A stretch of 64,000 bases of DNA from Oikopleura dioica. Its lineage: Eukaryota > Animalia > Chordata. This document shows positions 25,001 through 37,600 of the stretch, in pieces. The translations under genes and the position numbers were made by a program. Where the stretch lies: contig OU015569.1 of NCBI GenBank assembly GCA_907165135.1, positions 6,634,001-6,698,000 of the forward strand, written 5' to 3'. The notes under the pieces are model-generated. The model saw only the letters and a list, made by a program, of their open reading frames with translations, was not told where the DNA came from and made no database searches. Numbering within the stretch: the stretch's first letter is position 1; each line of letters begins with the position of its first letter.

Positions 25001-26449
25001 TCTGATTCTAGACCAGGGATAGGGAACATTGGAATAACGTGATTTTCGTTTGCAATTAAGGGACTTGGTCCTGCTAGTGACAACCCCTCCATCTCTGTGG
25101 TAGGAACAGTCGCTTCTTGAGATGAAGAGTCATCAATATATTCAGGTTCTGTTTCAGGCGGATCCGGACTAGTAATGTCCCCTTCGCGCTCGGTGGTGCT
25201 GATTGAACGGTAACTACTTGCAAGAGAATCTGAGACACCAGTATCTGACTCAACAAGAGTATCAGCTTCGTTACTAGTAGCACTGCTCGTGTCAGCCTCA
25301 CGCTTAGCGTAAAATTCATCGACGCTCAAAGTACTTTGACTGATATCATTGACATGATGCTCTGGAGGATATTCGTCGCTGTCGCTACTGTCATTGCCAC
25401 TTTGGTCGTCTACGCCCCCCATGTCATAAAGGCATTCTTCTTCATCGTCGCCAGTATAGTCTGTCACTACCATGCTGTTAAAGTTGGAGCAGGAGAGTAG
25501 AAACATTAGAGGCCCCTGTATTGCACTTTCGAGCTCCATTTTCAAATCAGAGTTGAAGTGGTCGCAAACGATCACTTTTTCGTCAAAAACGCCAGAAACG
25601 CTGAACTCGCCAGAAGTCTCGACTTTGCAGCCAGAGCTAGTTTCCAGTTCGTAAATCTGCTTCTTTAGTTGGTCAGCTGAGCGAGTGTTTTTCAAGATAT
25701 GGGAAGTAAGCCCAAGTGTATGAGGCTTGAGCACAATTATCCTTTGAGTGACTGATTGTTGAAACTACCTTGTCTATATTGAGATTATCGCAAAAAGCGT
25801 CTACTTGATCAAGAAGACCGTGATGTGATCGGGATTCGAAATTGTCGAGAATGAGAAGCCCGCATTGTGGCAGTGTGAGATTCGTCTGTTCTGGGCATAC
25901 TACAGGATACATTGAAAGCTTAACTTAATACGAGGGACTTACTTTGTGAGCTGCGAATGAAATCGAAGAGTTTTTTGACGGTTTTGGGCAGTGTGAGGAT
26001 AACTTTCGTCGTCGAGAAGTCTATCATGGCAAATTCTTGTGTGTCTGAAGAAGAGCATGTTACGCTACCGTGAGTTAACCGGGTCGACGACTTGCCTAAT
26101 ACAATATCAACTCCGCTTATTGAAGTCGAAACAGTGAAGGTCTGTCTGTACGAATCTAACTCGTCCACAGCTGTAGAAACGATAATGGCGATTTTGCCAT
26201 CTAGCCGGCCGCGTAGAAACATCTCGGTCGTAACTTTCGTTATCAAAAACGACTTTTCTGAAAGAGTTCTTGAAAGCAGATTTGTTGAAATGGTCCATTA
26301 CCATTCTCCGAGTTTGTGCAAATCACTCGGTTCCCTAGGATCGCTTTCTCAAGCATGTCGACAAGAAAAGCCTTGGGCGAGAAATCTTGCGCCCCACCAC
26401 CACCATCTCCCCAAGGCACATACATCCGAGGTCCGACCTGCTTGTACAT
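19057..26449 (-). CDS. DICER1: Dicer (helicase-like, DUF283, platform, PAZ, RNase IIIa, RNase IIIb, dsRBD)
   Basis: Matches recalled human DICER1 throughout: [44 protein letters not shown]|[32 protein letters not shown], RNase IIIa [23 protein letters not shown], RNase IIIb [21 protein letters not shown], ds[14 protein letters not shown]. One apparent frameshift at 20737-20741. Confidence 0.97.
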
Positions 26450-26725
26450 TCTGAAAGAATAAACAAATAAATATATCATATAATCTAATAGTTTAAAAGT
26501 CGATCTTCTTCGATAAATTTCTCTCGCTATTATTCCGGAAATTTGGCGTAGCAGCTACGCCGAAGCTGAAAAAGTTCTCTTTTCGGACTTTAGTCGGTTC
26601 GAAAAAGCGTTCAATTTCGTGAGTCATTTCAGAAACAGCAGCGCCCTGATTCGTGGAGGCTCGAAAGATAGAGAAAGGATAAATTGGCAGACAGAAGAAG
26701 CGATTTGAAAAAGAAGCTGTTCAGA
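26450..26725. promoter_or_regulatory. Short bidirectional promoter between Dicer and GPN2
   Basis: Divergent start codons 277 bp apart, both preceded by TTCAG|A. Central dyad GGCGTAGC-A-GCTACGCC at 26545-26561. Confidence 0.6.
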
Positions 26726-29700
26726 ATGGTCCGATTCGGACAAGCAGTAGTGGGCGCACCCGGTGCCGGCAAATCTACTTATGCTAAGGCCGTCTTCAAC
26801 CATCTGATCGGACAGAACAAGGACGTTGCCATTAGTAAGCACCTTTTATTGAGAAAAATGTCTCGACTGTGTTTGTTGTAGTCAACTTGGACCCGGCTGT
26901 TTCTTTCGCCGAGGCCAGGGTTGACATTTGCACTTTGGTGGAGCACGCGGATGTGATGGAAGAACTCAGCCTCGGCCCGAATGGGGCACTCGTCTACTGC
27001 ATGGAACTCCTCCTTGAGAATATCGACTGGCTGTTGACGGAAATCGAGAAGATTCCGAAATCGACTTATTTAGTTTTTGACTTTCCGGGACAGGCAGAGC
27101 TGTATTCTGTTCACGATTGCGTCGAAAAGCTGGTCTTTCAATTGCAGGTAGTCCCTCTCTCTGGTCTTCTTCACAGGACCGTTTGTTTCCTAGAAAAATC
27201 ACATCCGACTATGTGCGGTCTACTTCACCGAAGCTCGCCACGCAGCAGACGCTCATCTATTTACAGCAGCGCTTTTGGCGACACTCTCTTCAATGCTGCG
27301 CCTTGCCTTGCCAGCTGTTAATGTATTATCGAAACTCGACGTGGCGCCTAGACTCGCTGCAAGACTAGAAGTTTTTACTGAGCCTGTTGATTTAGGAAAG
27401 GATTTTTTCATGTTGAGCCCTTTATTTTTAAATGGTATCATTAGGCAGTATTCTAGTCAGAAATATAATGAGAACAGTTGTTTACAAAACAGTAACGTTA
27501 ATTCGGAGTAAGTAATAGTAATCGGACCATCCTCGGCGCCATCCGTAATCCCGGAGATGAAATTCGTCGGATATGTGCTGGAACCCGTTGTCCCAATCTC
27601 CGCTGAAGTGTTCTCGATCGAAATCATCTTGATCTGGGAATGTAGCCCGCAGTTCCTTATCGTTCGCGCCCACTATCTGAATCTCGGCCTTGAATTTGAA
27701 GTCGGGATCGCCTAAGTTTGATCATTATTTTACATATTTTCAAGAGTTAATTACCCTTCTTTTTCAACATGAAATTCATCGAGTCCATGTCACGGTAGTA
27801 TTGGGAGTCATCTGGATAAACCTTCATCCACAGGCTGAAGTCGCCATAAGTAACCCGGACTGTTTCGCGCTCGCCGCTCATGTCCAGCTAAATATTTTTT
27901 CTCGAAAGAAGTTATTATGAGTTTTCTTACCCGAAAATTGACCTCCTTGCAACCCAAAGTTAGGAGTTTCAGCACCTCTTTCGCCTCAGTCTTGCCCATT
28001 CCACCAGGACCCACTACGTTTGCGTCAGCATAATGGCCGTAACCTTGATCGACACCCATCTTGCTCTTCAGCTGATCGAGCTTGGCTTTGTTCGCTTAAA
28101 AGAAAAATTGTTATTCACCGAATCCCATTAAGACAATTACCTTTCGCCTTTTTGGCCTTTTTCATTTCCGGGTCTTCAAGTTTGCGTTTTTTGTTTGCTT
28201 TGTCGGGATTCATTTTCTGAAGTTCGTACAGAAGAAATCTGAATTTAAGAAGGGTTGAATGTAGAAATTTAAAGCTATTGATATTCAAGACTTGAATGTA
28301 AAGAAAGAGGCTCGTCATTTTCTGTGTCTAAGTTTTCGGTTTTCAATTATCGTCCGGCAGTACTAATCAAGAATCTAATAACTGGGATTTTTACAGAACA
28401 GAAACATTGATTCGGATCAAGTAAGAATCTTGATAGCCTCGGCGCACTCCGTATTCGCGCAGATTAACAAAGTCGGAGATGTGCTGGAACCCTTTGGTCG
28501 ATTCTTTGCTAGTGAACATTCGATCGTTACCATCCTCATCCGGGAAGACCATTTCCATTTCGCCGTTCTCATCTATTAGCTGCACTTCGGCCTTGAACTT
28601 GAAGTCGGGATCGCCTTAAATTTCCGATTAATGATCTTTCATTCGAAACATGAAAAATTTTACCTTTCTTTTTCAGCATAAAATCGATCATATCGGTCTC
28701 AGGGTAGTACGGAGACTCATTAGGATAAACGGTCATCGATAGGCGGAAGTCTCCGTTGGAGACGCGGACTGCCTCGCGCTCACCTCGCATCGCTAGCTAA
28801 AAGATATTTTTATTAGAGAATGGAACATAAGTTTTCTTACCCGAAAGTTTACTTCCTTGCATCCCAGATTAAGAAGTTTGAGCACCCCAACCGCTTCGGA
28901 GTTATCCATTCCACTAGCAGGTCCCTCTTCCCTGGCGTTTGCAAAATGACCACAGCCCTGGTCCACACCCATCTTGGTTTTCAGCTCATCGAGCTTGGCT
29001 GCATCTTCTAAAAATATTGTTAGTATGTTAATTTTATTATCAATATTACCTTTGGCCTTCTCTGCCTTTTGTTTTCTCATCTCTTCCGCTCTGCGTAATC
29101 CCCAGAAATCAGGGGGCGTGAAAGATGCCCCTTCGTCGGAATTCATTTTCTCTCACAGATTCTCTGGCTCGAACTGACAGCTCTGTAAAATAAGGGTTGA
29201 ATGTGGAAATTTCAACCTCTGGAATATTAAAATAGAGGTCTGCCAAAAGAGGGCGCCCGAAGATAAAAATAGAATGGCAGAAAACTAGGGTGCAATGTCC
29301 TGGAGTGCGCGCGGCCTTTGATACAGATCGAACGCAGCTCTTAGCGCCCTCAAAATTTTCAAAAAATCTCTGATGCTTTTTCATCTCACAAGTAATTAAT
29401 CATCTCTTGTCTTTTTCACGAAATGACTTTATGAAAAATGAGTGACTGAGCCGGCCTCGGCCAGACCTAAAAGAGCGCCTTGCAAAATTTGACTCGATCT
29501 CGGCGAATCAAATGCCACAAATAATCTAGTAAGCACATTCCCATCCTATGACCGATGACCCCAACTAACATCGAGTCACATCAAGCCAACTACAAAGGTT
29601 CCTTATCATATTCAAATTTTAACGTAAAAAACAAGCTGAAAATCTCCTTTGAAGAAAGATTTTTCCTCGATGCATCAGACGACGAAACCGATAAAGGTAA

Positions 29701-30114
29701 ATCCCAAGCCGACCGCTTCCTTTTTAGCGGCGATAATCCCTACCTCATTTGAAGCTCTTCTAAACAGTTAAAATTAGAACAAAAAGTTCCTGTGCGAAGG
29801 AAAACTCGACGTCGACGGATTCGTGAAAGGGTCTCCGCTCAATTGGCAGAAGTTGCCACCTCGTATGGACTGGTCAGATTCCATCCCTTGGTGGTTACAG
29901 ATGAGAAGCTACTTCAAGTTGTGCTCTCCCACGTTAGTTGATAACTTTAAAATTTGATTTCAAGTTTAAAAAATAGGCGAATTCCGCGATCGGAATGAAA
30001 ATCGGAGATGAGGATCTTCTTCTTGCGGCAAACCGAGATGCTGATTTTGAGTTTATGGGTAGCACTGCATTTGCCCAAGAGGAATACATCGACAAATTTC
30101 ACGAAAACAGCTGA
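26726..30114 (+). CDS. GPN2: GPN-loop GTPase 2, split by a ~2-kb intron
   Basis: MVRFGQAVVGAPGAGKSTY (P-loop), NLDPA, LGPNGALVYCMELL, VFDFPGQAELY, LPAVNVLSKLD, FTEPVDL to ~27400. The C-terminus resumes at ~29770: RERVSAQLAEVATSYGLVRFHPLVVTDEKLLQVVLSH|ANSAIG...DADFEFMGSTAFAQEEYIDKFHENS*. Small exons at 29440-29770 are uncertain. Confidence 0.88.
27482..28213 (-). CDS. MATH/TRAF-like domain protein, paralogue 1 (nested in GPN2 intron)
   Basis: Four exons: MNPDKANKKRKLEDPEMKKAKKAK|ANKAKLDQLKSKMGVDQG...CKEVNFR|LDMSGERETVRVTYGDFSLWMKVYPDD...MNFMLKKK|GDPDFKFKAEIQI...GFQHISDEFHLRDYG...LLRINVTVL*. The beta-strand pattern resembles MATH. Confidence 0.7.
28391..29146 (-). CDS. MATH/TRAF-like domain protein, paralogue 2 (nested in GPN2 intron)
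   Basis: Same four-exon structure and phases as paralogue 1: ...CKEVNFR|LAMRGEREAVRVSNGDFRLSMTVYPNE...IDFMLKKK|GDPDFKFKAEVQL...GFQHISDFVNLREYG...LIRINVSVL*. Confidence 0.7.
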
Positions 30115-30220
30115 CACTCTTCTATGTCTCCATTTGTGTGACCAATCTGCGAGAATTCAACAATCCAGAACAAAACTGCCCCTGATGCCAATAAATGAAA
30201 TGAAAATACATGCTCCTAGA

Positions 30221-32009
30221 ATGCTTCGTAAATTTCGGGTTCCCCGAGTAAGCACTCTCCGTGGAAAGTCTACTGATGTTGATATGTTTAACTTTGGCGA
30301 TCTACAATTCGAAGATGGCTTGGCCATTCAACACGGCGTGCCTGCAAATAAGGAAATCGTCTGAGCAGTATGTGAAAATAATCATAATAACAGTGGCACA
30401 ATTCCTGATTTCGAAGCTGACTAGTTAGTTTTCCATCGTGTTGAATTGGGTCTTTCTCTTGCTTTTGAGTTTCCAATGACGGAATAGTTTCTATTTCTCA
30501 TGCTCAAACTATAGGAAAGCTATCTGCTGCAGCGATGGCCCCACTGGCTGAGTCTAGACAAAATAAAGATAAGCTTGATAATTTTATCCATGTGTCTGAC
30601 GTTCAAGGCTCCTCGCAATCAATCAGAATAGGAATCAACTCTAACAGGGTGGAGACAAACGTAAACCGGAACCCGATTCTTGTTGATTTACATGACAGAT
30701 TCCAAGGATAATGCTTAAATATTTCCAGAAGTCTAAACTTGATACTTATGACTTTTGCCAATTTTATATTGAGCAGATTACAGTCGACATTCAGCAGATG
30801 AAGAAGAACTGTCATCTTTTTTATAAAGATCATCGCTACGGCGCCAAATATGTTCAATTGATTGAGCCGGAAGAATATTTAGCGCGGACAAATTTCATAA
30901 TTCGAAATATATTGAAGATAGCGAAGCGTAATCATGTGGATACGAACATACTTGTCGGAAAAATGATTACTAGAGCCCCGCTGTTGCTGGATCCAAAGTT
31001 GTCCGAGAGATCATTCGGAGGAGGGTATATCGAAGAAAACTGGAAGAAAAACTTGGCGCTTTTGAATAAAGAAATCGGCCTGACAAAGGATGAAATTTCG
31101 ACAACCTTGGTGCGCTGTCCAGGTCTCCTTACATATCCGATAACAAGGAAGAGTTCTATCAGAAATGTCTAATAGTTTATTGGCAATGGACATTTTTTGT
31201 CCCCTTTATGATAAAGTGGCGCTAAAAAACTCCGAAAAGAATGCAAAAAGCAATCGACACTTTTAAGAATCTTGGTGATCTAGTAGAAAATGTATCCCTT
31301 TACTTTTCCGACGATGACTTGCGAAAGATGGTTCTTCTCGATCCTGGTCTGAGATCTTCATTCAAATCGATTATTTATGTTTTTTTAGACATCCTGTTAG
31401 AAAATTCTGAGCATATAAAGGCCACTGCCCGAATCTTCTTCATGCACGACTTTACACTAGTGGAATCTAAAGGAACGAGGCTGACGATTCTTTTCCCCTT
31501 TGTTACAGGGTTTCCAGGCAGTTTCCAAAGTCCGCAAAAGCCATCTCAACTCAGAATCCTAGTTGTTTGACGTCAAAGCTTTTTTCGATTGATGTAACTT
31601 CGAACCGATACACTGATCTAGATAAACAACTTTTCTTTCTGCTCCACGAGGCGGGCTTCACCACCAAGCAGATCAGATACAACCCGCTTTTACTAACAAC
31701 TGAGAAGGCCGTGATAACTGAAAGACTTCTCTTTTTGCGAGAAACGAACAGGATGAATTTTGACATAAACGCCGAAGGAAGTCCAGAGCATGTGCCTATT
31801 GATGCACTTTGTCAAGTGTTCGGTTTTCACTCAAAGATAATCCTTAGAAATGATTTATTGGAATCAAGATAAATAACCGTTGACAAGATATCTCCGCCAA
31901 GAACTTCGATCCAGCAAAAAGAAGAAACCCGTCCGAAGATATCCAAAAGTTCCTTGCTCTCGCCCAAGTTGATTCCACTGAATATTTCAATTTTTTAAGG
32001 CGATTATAA
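30221..32009 (+). CDS. MTERF3: Mitochondrial transcription termination factor, MTERF3-like
   Basis: Arg-rich presequence MLRKFRVPRVSTLRGKS; mTERF repeats GLTKDEISTTLVRCPGLL, FSDDDLRKMVLLDP|DILL, GFTTKQIRYNPLLL...ERLLFL; C-terminus AKNFDPAKRRNP...YFNFLRRL* resembles MTERF3 (AQYDPAKP...FLKTL). AATAAA follows the stop. Confidence 0.8.
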
Positions 32010-32342
32010 ATAAACCATAATAAAATCGACTCTTTTTACTTTTTTTATAAGAAAACAAACTAATTTGAAAACGTTAATTTCGGGGGATTTTGGCCTTTGA
32101 TTGTGCAACACACACTTCCATAATAAACTTAAGTAAACTATCAGTTTGCTTAATCTATTACGATCAGTTTATCAGCGATTCTCTGCGTCCAATATTGACA
32201 CGGGACGATGGCCGCCCCCTAAGAGATCATGAAAAGATCTTTTCTGTAGAAAAAATTGTCGCCAGCGACAATTGAATAAGCTCAGGCAGCGAAGAGCAGC
32301 ACTGAGAAGCGAATAAAGACGACAAAAGGAAAAGTCGAGAAA

Positions 32343-34667
32343 ATGGAGCTGCAAACAAAGCTAGGCAAAATCAGGGGACGACTGTGGAATGTTAGCGAAG
32401 AGATCAAATCAAAGGGTAATTTAGTCACTTGGAAGATATTTTTCAACCGTAGAATTACAAGTTTATCATTATTATCATGAACATAGAGAAACTCTCTGTT
32501 ACTTAGATGGAGAATTGCATTTGGAAGTCGCCAATTTCAATAAAATCCCCTTTGCCAAGAGCCCACGCTTAGCAAAGCCGGTATCTTACGGTAAATGGGA
32601 CGAGACGATAGATGGGACTGGAAACACTCCAATGTGCCCTCAGTATGACGGATTCATCGACAAAATTGATCGAATGGAAGGACAGACTTTTATTAATCGC
32701 CCAATGTTCGACAAATTGGATTGTTTTCATAACTGACAATTAATATGACTAAGATTTTATAAAAAATATGATAAAAACACAGAAAAGGTGGCTGAAACGG
32801 AAACCAATGACGAAGTATTACATCTCAGTGTCTATACTCCTTCAAACTTTCAATCATCTACAAAGGTTCTTCGATTGTTGACTTTGAACGTCTTTGATTT
32901 AAACTAGAGTCTAGAAGAAACCAGTTATGGTATTTTTCTACGGTGGTGGTTTTCTTTGCGGAGGAGCATACCTGTAACTATTGAAACACTACTAAAAACT
33001 AAAGTTAAAACTAGTTACAATGCAGCACCACTTGTTGCGGTCGGAGACTGTGTCGTTGTGGTTGTCAGGTAAAAATAAGGCACTCGCCTCCAATAATTTT
33101 GTTAAATTAAGCTACCGACTTAACATGCTAGGCTTCCTTGGGGGGAACTGGGGTCTATGGGATCAGCTGGAATCGCTGAAATGGGTCAAGTACGTGATTT
33201 TCTATTTTCGAATTGGAAGTAGTTCTTTTTAGGGCGAATATTGGCGACTATGGAGGAGATCGTGATAATGTCACTATTTTTGGTGAGTCTGCTGGTTCTT
33301 GGTCAGGACTGGGTTTCATGAATCGAGTCTACGAGACCTTAGAGATTGCATTTGTTTGCTGAAATAGCGGGAATCAATCCCCGACAATCGGCCCTTGTAT
33401 CGCTACTTGTTGGTGGCAAACAGTTGAGATCAAATATTTAATTATTGCTAGAAGATTCTACTGATCAAGTAGCGGCAGTGACAATTCTTAATGAAACTCA
33501 ATAACAGTCGAGTGTCATCTTATGTCGGAAAAATCTACGGGTCTCTTTCATCGAGCTATCTGCCAGTCCGGAAGTATTCAAATTCTGAAGCCGAAGCCAG
33601 AAGTACGGGCCGCCATGAAATTCGCGCAAGATCACTTTGGAGTTAACGACTTCGACTGCCTCAAAGCAAAAGTGAAGAAAGCGTCCGTCAAGGAGCTTGT
33701 CGAGTTTTATGCCAAGGAAATTGTTGTTTCGTATTTCTTCAAATACTAGCATCTATTTTGGAAATGTCAATTTAAAGGTCCCAAAAGGCATGGATGAAAT
33801 GTTCAGAACCTTATCTGCTGATGACGGTTTCTTTCCAAACGCCCCGTGGGAAATGAAAGAGTTCGTCAACAAGGTCCCCGTCTTAGCGGGCAAAAATCAA
33901 GCTGAGATGGGCGCTATGCTTCTCATCTTCTTCGAAGACATGATTCCCGGGCTATCAAAAGGCATCTCAAAAGCAGCCTTGAAGGTATTAAACTTGTTGC
34001 TTTTAATTTCAAAAAGAACCAAGGGTGTCATTCATCATGGAGTCGCGAAACTGGTACCAGACGAAGCAAAAGCAGCTGAAATCGCAGAGAAAACTTTGCA
34101 GTCCTGGCTTAAAATTTACCTGGAGGATACAAACGACCCAATCACATACACTAGAATCTTACTGTCTTCAATGGCTGACCAGTTTTTCTACGGAGTTGTC
34201 GATCGGATGGAAAACAACAGCGAGTTGCAGGACATGTACTTGTACGAGATGGACTCGCGAACCGAGATGTTCCACGACAACGAATTTCATGGAAACTCGC
34301 CCAACTTTCGACCTGATTTCGTGAGAACGGATCACTTCGACGACATTTGCTATGTGTATGGATTCGCGTTTCTCCCTGAATTCTATCTGCTCGCAGAGGG
34401 AGCTTCCTTCACTGAGCAAGAGAAAGAGTTCGCTAGGAGAATCATGAAGATTTGGAGTAATTTTGCGATGACAGGAACTCCCGGCTGGAACAAATACGAC
34501 AAATCGAAGAAACTCTGCAATGTTCTTAATAAAGAAGGTACAATTATATATTCGCTTGCTTGATTTAAAATATGCTTGTTCTAGGCGACAGGCTACGATC
34601 TGGCAACGATCCGATGCTCATTGCTCGTCACAATCTTTGGAAAACTTCTGTTTACGGAGCTCAATGA
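32343..34667 (+). CDS. Type-B carboxylesterase (alpha/beta hydrolase), no signal peptide
   Basis: TKLGKIRG, KIPFAKSP, PMCPQ, LHLSVYTP, PVMVFFYGGGF, SYRLNMLGFL, NWGLWDQ, DNVTIFGESAG (catalytic Ser), LFHRAICQSG, GKNQAE (Glu), TDHFDDICYVYG (His), IWSNFAMTGTP. Confidence 0.93.
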
Positions 34668-37600
34668 TTTAAATTGTGACTAAATTTAACAATAAAATGG
34701 ATTCTCCATTGGCGATTCAATCTTTTGCTATTTCGTTCTTGAGTGTTTATCAATCTTGTTAAAAGTGCCTTTTTGTGGTCCAGTCCTTATCGCAAGGTGA
34801 CAATTTTATTATGAGGACTATTTCTCAACACCCTTGCGACTTTTGTCTTGTGACTTTTCTCTTGGAAAAAAAAAACAGCTGAACAAAGTTAACAATTTTT
34901 CGATAATATAAAAAGAGATCTGTTTTGAAATGATGAAGAAAAACTTTTTTATGAGTGAAAAGGGAATTATTAATTGTTGTCTTTAAATACTACCCTCAGT
35001 CATTAATTCAATTATCTACTGATTCATTCGACAAACAAAATGAGCATATTCATAAATACGGAAAAGCGTGTGTTTTTACGAAAAGATAAGGTGGGTCAAG
35101 GTCAAGTTTAAAACTGCGCGTCAGGTGATCCGAGTGTTTCGATCTTATGACTTTCCCGTCCGCCATAAGATACTCACGAGAAATTAAGAGATCGTCGAAA
35201 TTAATATTCTCGAAATGTTTTTTCATAGTTTCAAATTAGAGAAGCGAGAAATCTCCTCAGAGAAAAGGAAAACTAAGTATTTCCCAAAACCCTTTTTATT
35301 AGAAATTAATCCGCAAGTCTCGTGCGTGTGATCAAAGTAATAATATTTTATTAGCTCTTCCTCAGCAGGAAATATTTTTATTAATAGTCAATTTTGAACA
35401 GCCCGTTCAGTATTTAAAAGAGTATTGTATATTTTTGGTGAAAAAGAAGGCAATCAACTGTTGCTAATTGAAAAGTGAAAGAAGTTGGTTTGACGGAGAC
35501 AATTATCTTTTTTTTTCGCGCTGAGGCTTGATCAGCCAAGCGCTAATTAGATGATGACGTTCATTCCCGTTTGTAATTATGAAGCAAAGACTATTCACAG
35601 AACGTATTTACGAGGCCAGTTTGACTCATCATCTTCGTCTCCACTGCACAGTCAACTCATCAACCTAGTCGCACCAAAGCGTAAAGAAAGTAGAGAAGTA
35701 AAGAAATATTTAGAGAAAGAGCTCTGAAATCAACAAAGATTCTTTTTAAATTTCGTTTAACACTTTTTGAGATTTGTTTTTCTCTCATCTCGGACGTTTA
35801 TTAAATCTCTCTTGATCTGACAGACAGAATTATAAAAAAATTGGGCAATTTCGCGAACTCGTCAAAAACAACTGTCTTTTTCGAGAAAAACAAGAAAGGA
35901 AGAAAAGCTCAATTTCGAAGATAAAAAAAAAATTCAAGTTGTCTTTTTGACGTAATCCGCGCAATTAGAAAATAAAATAGAAAGCTGAAAAGCCGCTAAA
36001 GACGACAGTTAGAGGTCTGAAAGTTGACCGAAGAGGCAATTTTTGCGAATTCGCCTCGGAAATGGCCCATTAGATGTTGACATTTGCGCGGAAAAGGGCA
36101 ATGTCGAATGTCACCCGGAGTCAGCTGGAAGGTAGGAAGCCTGTCTTCCTTTTCGTGATCGATTAACTAAAACTTTTTTTAACGTGTCAGAGATTAAATG
36201 CGAGAAGAGAAAGAAGGGGTTCGAGTGAAGAGATGACGGCTTTTTTGGAGCTCTCATTCGGAATGTAAGGTAAAGTTGAATGAAAAAAGTATTAAAGAGT
36301 AGTTTAACTCGGAAATTTATGAGCTATAGCAAGTTAAGAGTCCGTTTATTGGAAAGAGGAGAATAGGAATTGGCGCAATTTCATTTATCAATCCATTTAA
36401 TGTGGCATGTTCGAACTCGTCAATGAAAGCATCCCTTTTTTCTATCATAAAGGCGCTTTGACTCTTTTTGCATTGGGAAAATTATGATTTCTTTCGTTTA
36501 AAACAGCGTAAACAGCGAGTATGTGAAGTCAACTGAGTGGCAAATGTCGATTTTGCGCCCGAAAGACACATCAAACAGAAACCACCAACTAACTGGATCT
36601 ATTCATATGACAAAAAGCCTTTCCAAAATCACCTTTCTGCTCTTGTCATGCAATGCCGTTGTTAATTCAGTCCAGTTAGTTATAACTTCTAAGGAGTGGA
36701 GGATGTAAAATAGTTTACTAACGTCCCGTCGATTGAGTGGTTTTAATTTTCCTCTCAGGGGAGCAGCGCTTTGCAGACCGACATTGCCGTCATATTTTCT
36801 TATTTTGGACCAAAAAAAAAGAGAAATTTTAGATTGAGAGTATTCAGATTAAATCACCTTCTGAGAATGAGTTTTTAGACCTTGAGACTAGGGATTTATT
36901 GTTTTTGCTCAGTTGATGGCTCATTGATATTTCAGCATTAATTATTCAACCCCGCGTTATTTCTAAAGCCAACTTAGCTCAAGCTCAAGATGTTAATTAT
37001 TGATCTCATTTGAACACTTTCGAACGGTGCAATTTTCATTCAGGAATTTGGAACTAGAATTATTAGCGCCTCAACAAATTATTATCGCTGTTCAATTGAT
37101 GATAAAACCCAAATCTTGACGCTTGAAAATATCGCTCTCGGGGCGCACGTCAGAACGTTTTTGACATTTACAGCTCTCCAACATTTGAAGCGAGCTTTGA
37201 TTATTTCATCAAAAGGCTTCCTTATGAAAAAAAATCGATCCCGTACTTGCTGAGAGAGGACGCATGTTTTTTTCCCAGAGCTACAGTAACGATTTGGGAA
37301 AGAGGCTCCCCGTTGACAAATCCGATTTTCAGTTCCGGGTGCCTGTTTTCACTTATCAATATTCAAGAAACGCTCGATTTCAAGCATTCATTTAGTGGCT
37401 TGTAGAAAAGTCCAGGTCGAAGTGAGCGCTTAGATTGGCCTGTAATTGTTGAATAATAGAGTCAATCTATGCCTTTACTGGCTTGTTGAGTTTCCCTCTT
37501 TTTTCATCCCTTTTTACAGTCCAAAATTTAGCCGGCTTGATTACGGAAAGCGCATTCGGAAGTAAGAATGGAGAAAATTAACAGTTGGACCTTTAGTAAT

